The translations under genes were made by a program, and so were the position numbers. From the human T2T-CHM13v2.0 reference genome, Homo sapiens: a stretch of 64,000 nucleotides of DNA. Below are positions 62,693 through 64,000 of the stretch, one piece after another (the stretch's first letter is position 1; every line of letters starts with the position of its first letter). The notes beneath the pieces were generated by a model. The model was not told where the DNA came from. It did no database searches and was given only the letters and a program-made list of their open reading frames with translations. The stretch lies in assembly GCF_009914755.1 (NCBI RefSeq), contig NC_060929.1. One strand, 5' to 3'.

Positions 62693-63689
62693 GATACATG
62701 AAGACATTTGTATCGTGTGCTAATGCCTATGGGAAGACAAACACTGACCAACTAAATAGGCAAAATAACCCAGCTGTTTGACACTAATCAGCCATCATCG
62801 CTGTCCAGCACAAAATTTGCACAATAGCACATGAACAGACTGCATGCTTACAGAGATGAAGGGTAACAATTAACCCTGCTGGGATGGCACTTACCAAAGC
62901 TGATCTAGCTGCTGACTGTCAAATAGGCAAGGCACAAAGATGAGTGCTGAGCCTCAGTGTGTTACTGTTACTTGAGGAGACCAACCAGCCACTATGTGTT
63001 GTGGCAAACAGACTACAATGGACCTTTTAAATTCTGGAACGGTCAGAGGTTTTTCCTTAAAGAAATAATTGCCTAATCTGAGGATGGGTTTGTCTTTTCA
63101 CCCAGCACAGCCTCATTTAACACCACTATCCAAGAGGTTAGAGCTTGGCTAATCTACATGCATGGAACCCCACACAGCATAGAACCTGACCAGGAAACCC
63201 ACATCATAGAAATGGAGGTATGGAAGAGGGTCTTGGACCACAGAATACAATAATTGTTTTACACACTGCACCATCCAGGAGCAGCCAGCCTCATGGAATT
63301 CTAGAATTGTTTCATTTTTTGTCTATCTCTTGCTATAGGCTCTTATTGTGTACAAAGTAACCTCTGCTGCTCTGTACACAGACGTCATTTACTGCCCTAG
63401 GATGTGATAGCTACCTGCTTTACTTCTGAGGATGTGCACCTGAGATTCATTTAGGTGGAATATCCTTGGCTTACTGGAGCAAATTTATCTTCAAGTGGAG
63501 GAGCCAAAAGTTCTGTCAGTTAGTGTTAACTTTACTTTGGTACAGAAGTACAAAGCACAGGTGCTTGGGCCCCAAAACAGACAAACTCAGAGGCATTAAT
63601 TACACTCTACAAAGGGTTAAGCCTAATGAGAACACCAAGCAGAAAAAAGAGAGAAGGAAAAAAAGCAGTGTGTGAGGTAATAAAGGCTA

Positions 63690-64000
63690 GAAATTATGGA
63701 AAATTAATGAAAGACATGAAATCACAGATCCCAGAACCTCAGAGAACTCAAAACAAGATAAATTTTTAAAAACTATAAATAGACATATCAAAATCACTCT
63801 AGAAAAAATCAAAGACGAAGAGAAAAACACTAAAGAAATGAGAGGGAAAAAAACACCTTACTATAGTGGAACAAGAATAGAATTACATAGGTCTTCATAT
63901 CAGAGATAATGCAAACAAAAAGAGAGGGGGATAAAATGTTTAAAGTGGTAAACAAAATAATCCAATAGTGTTTAATCTTGCATTCAGTGAAATTATCCTA
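63690..64000 (+). mobile_element. Old L1M ORF1 fragment running off the window end
   Basis: cacagatcccagaacctcagagaac, ggaacaagaatagaattaca, tgtttaaagtg; A-rich sense L1. Confidence 0.7.

Larger units (their letters stand above)
61245..63310 (+). pseudogene. ERVL-class internal (pol/integrase) remnant, interrupted by two MaLR LTRs
   Basis: LTKADLA (cttaccaaagctgatctagct), GDQPAT..WQTDYNGP, HGTPHSIEPDQETH, HHPGAASLME match ERVL integrase motifs LTKADLA/GDQPATWWQVDYIGP/HGIPHSIASDQGTHF/HHPEAAGLIE. Confidence 0.75.

Overview
This is eukaryotic, repeat-rich, AT-rich DNA, almost certainly human: it carries an Alu with all five AluYa5 diagnostic bases, plus L1PA3/L1PA4-like and THE1 elements. I see no credible host protein-coding gene, RNA gene or CRISPR array. 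The listed ORFs are chance frames or remnants of L1 ORF2, Alu, THE1 or ERV sequence. About 19.8-45.1 kb is a nested stack of minus-strand elements: an old L1M scaffold interrupted by other L1s, MLT1 LTRs, Alus, a full-length THE1A and an ~8 kb degenerate ERV1 provirus with env and integrase remnants. An ERVL pol/integrase remnant lies near the right end. I did not find a new biological system. The most notable signals are mechanistic scars read directly from the sequence: a complex template-switch rearrangement in the THE1A 3' LTR, an L1 3' transduction, a TSD-flanked chimeric insert, a twin-primed L1, a 5'-inverted Alu, templated filler at an L1 deletion, and structurally discordant LTRs in one provirus. 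Repeat subfamily names come from recalled consensus sequences and need RepeatMasker/Dfam confirmation. Boundaries of the old repeats are approximate.
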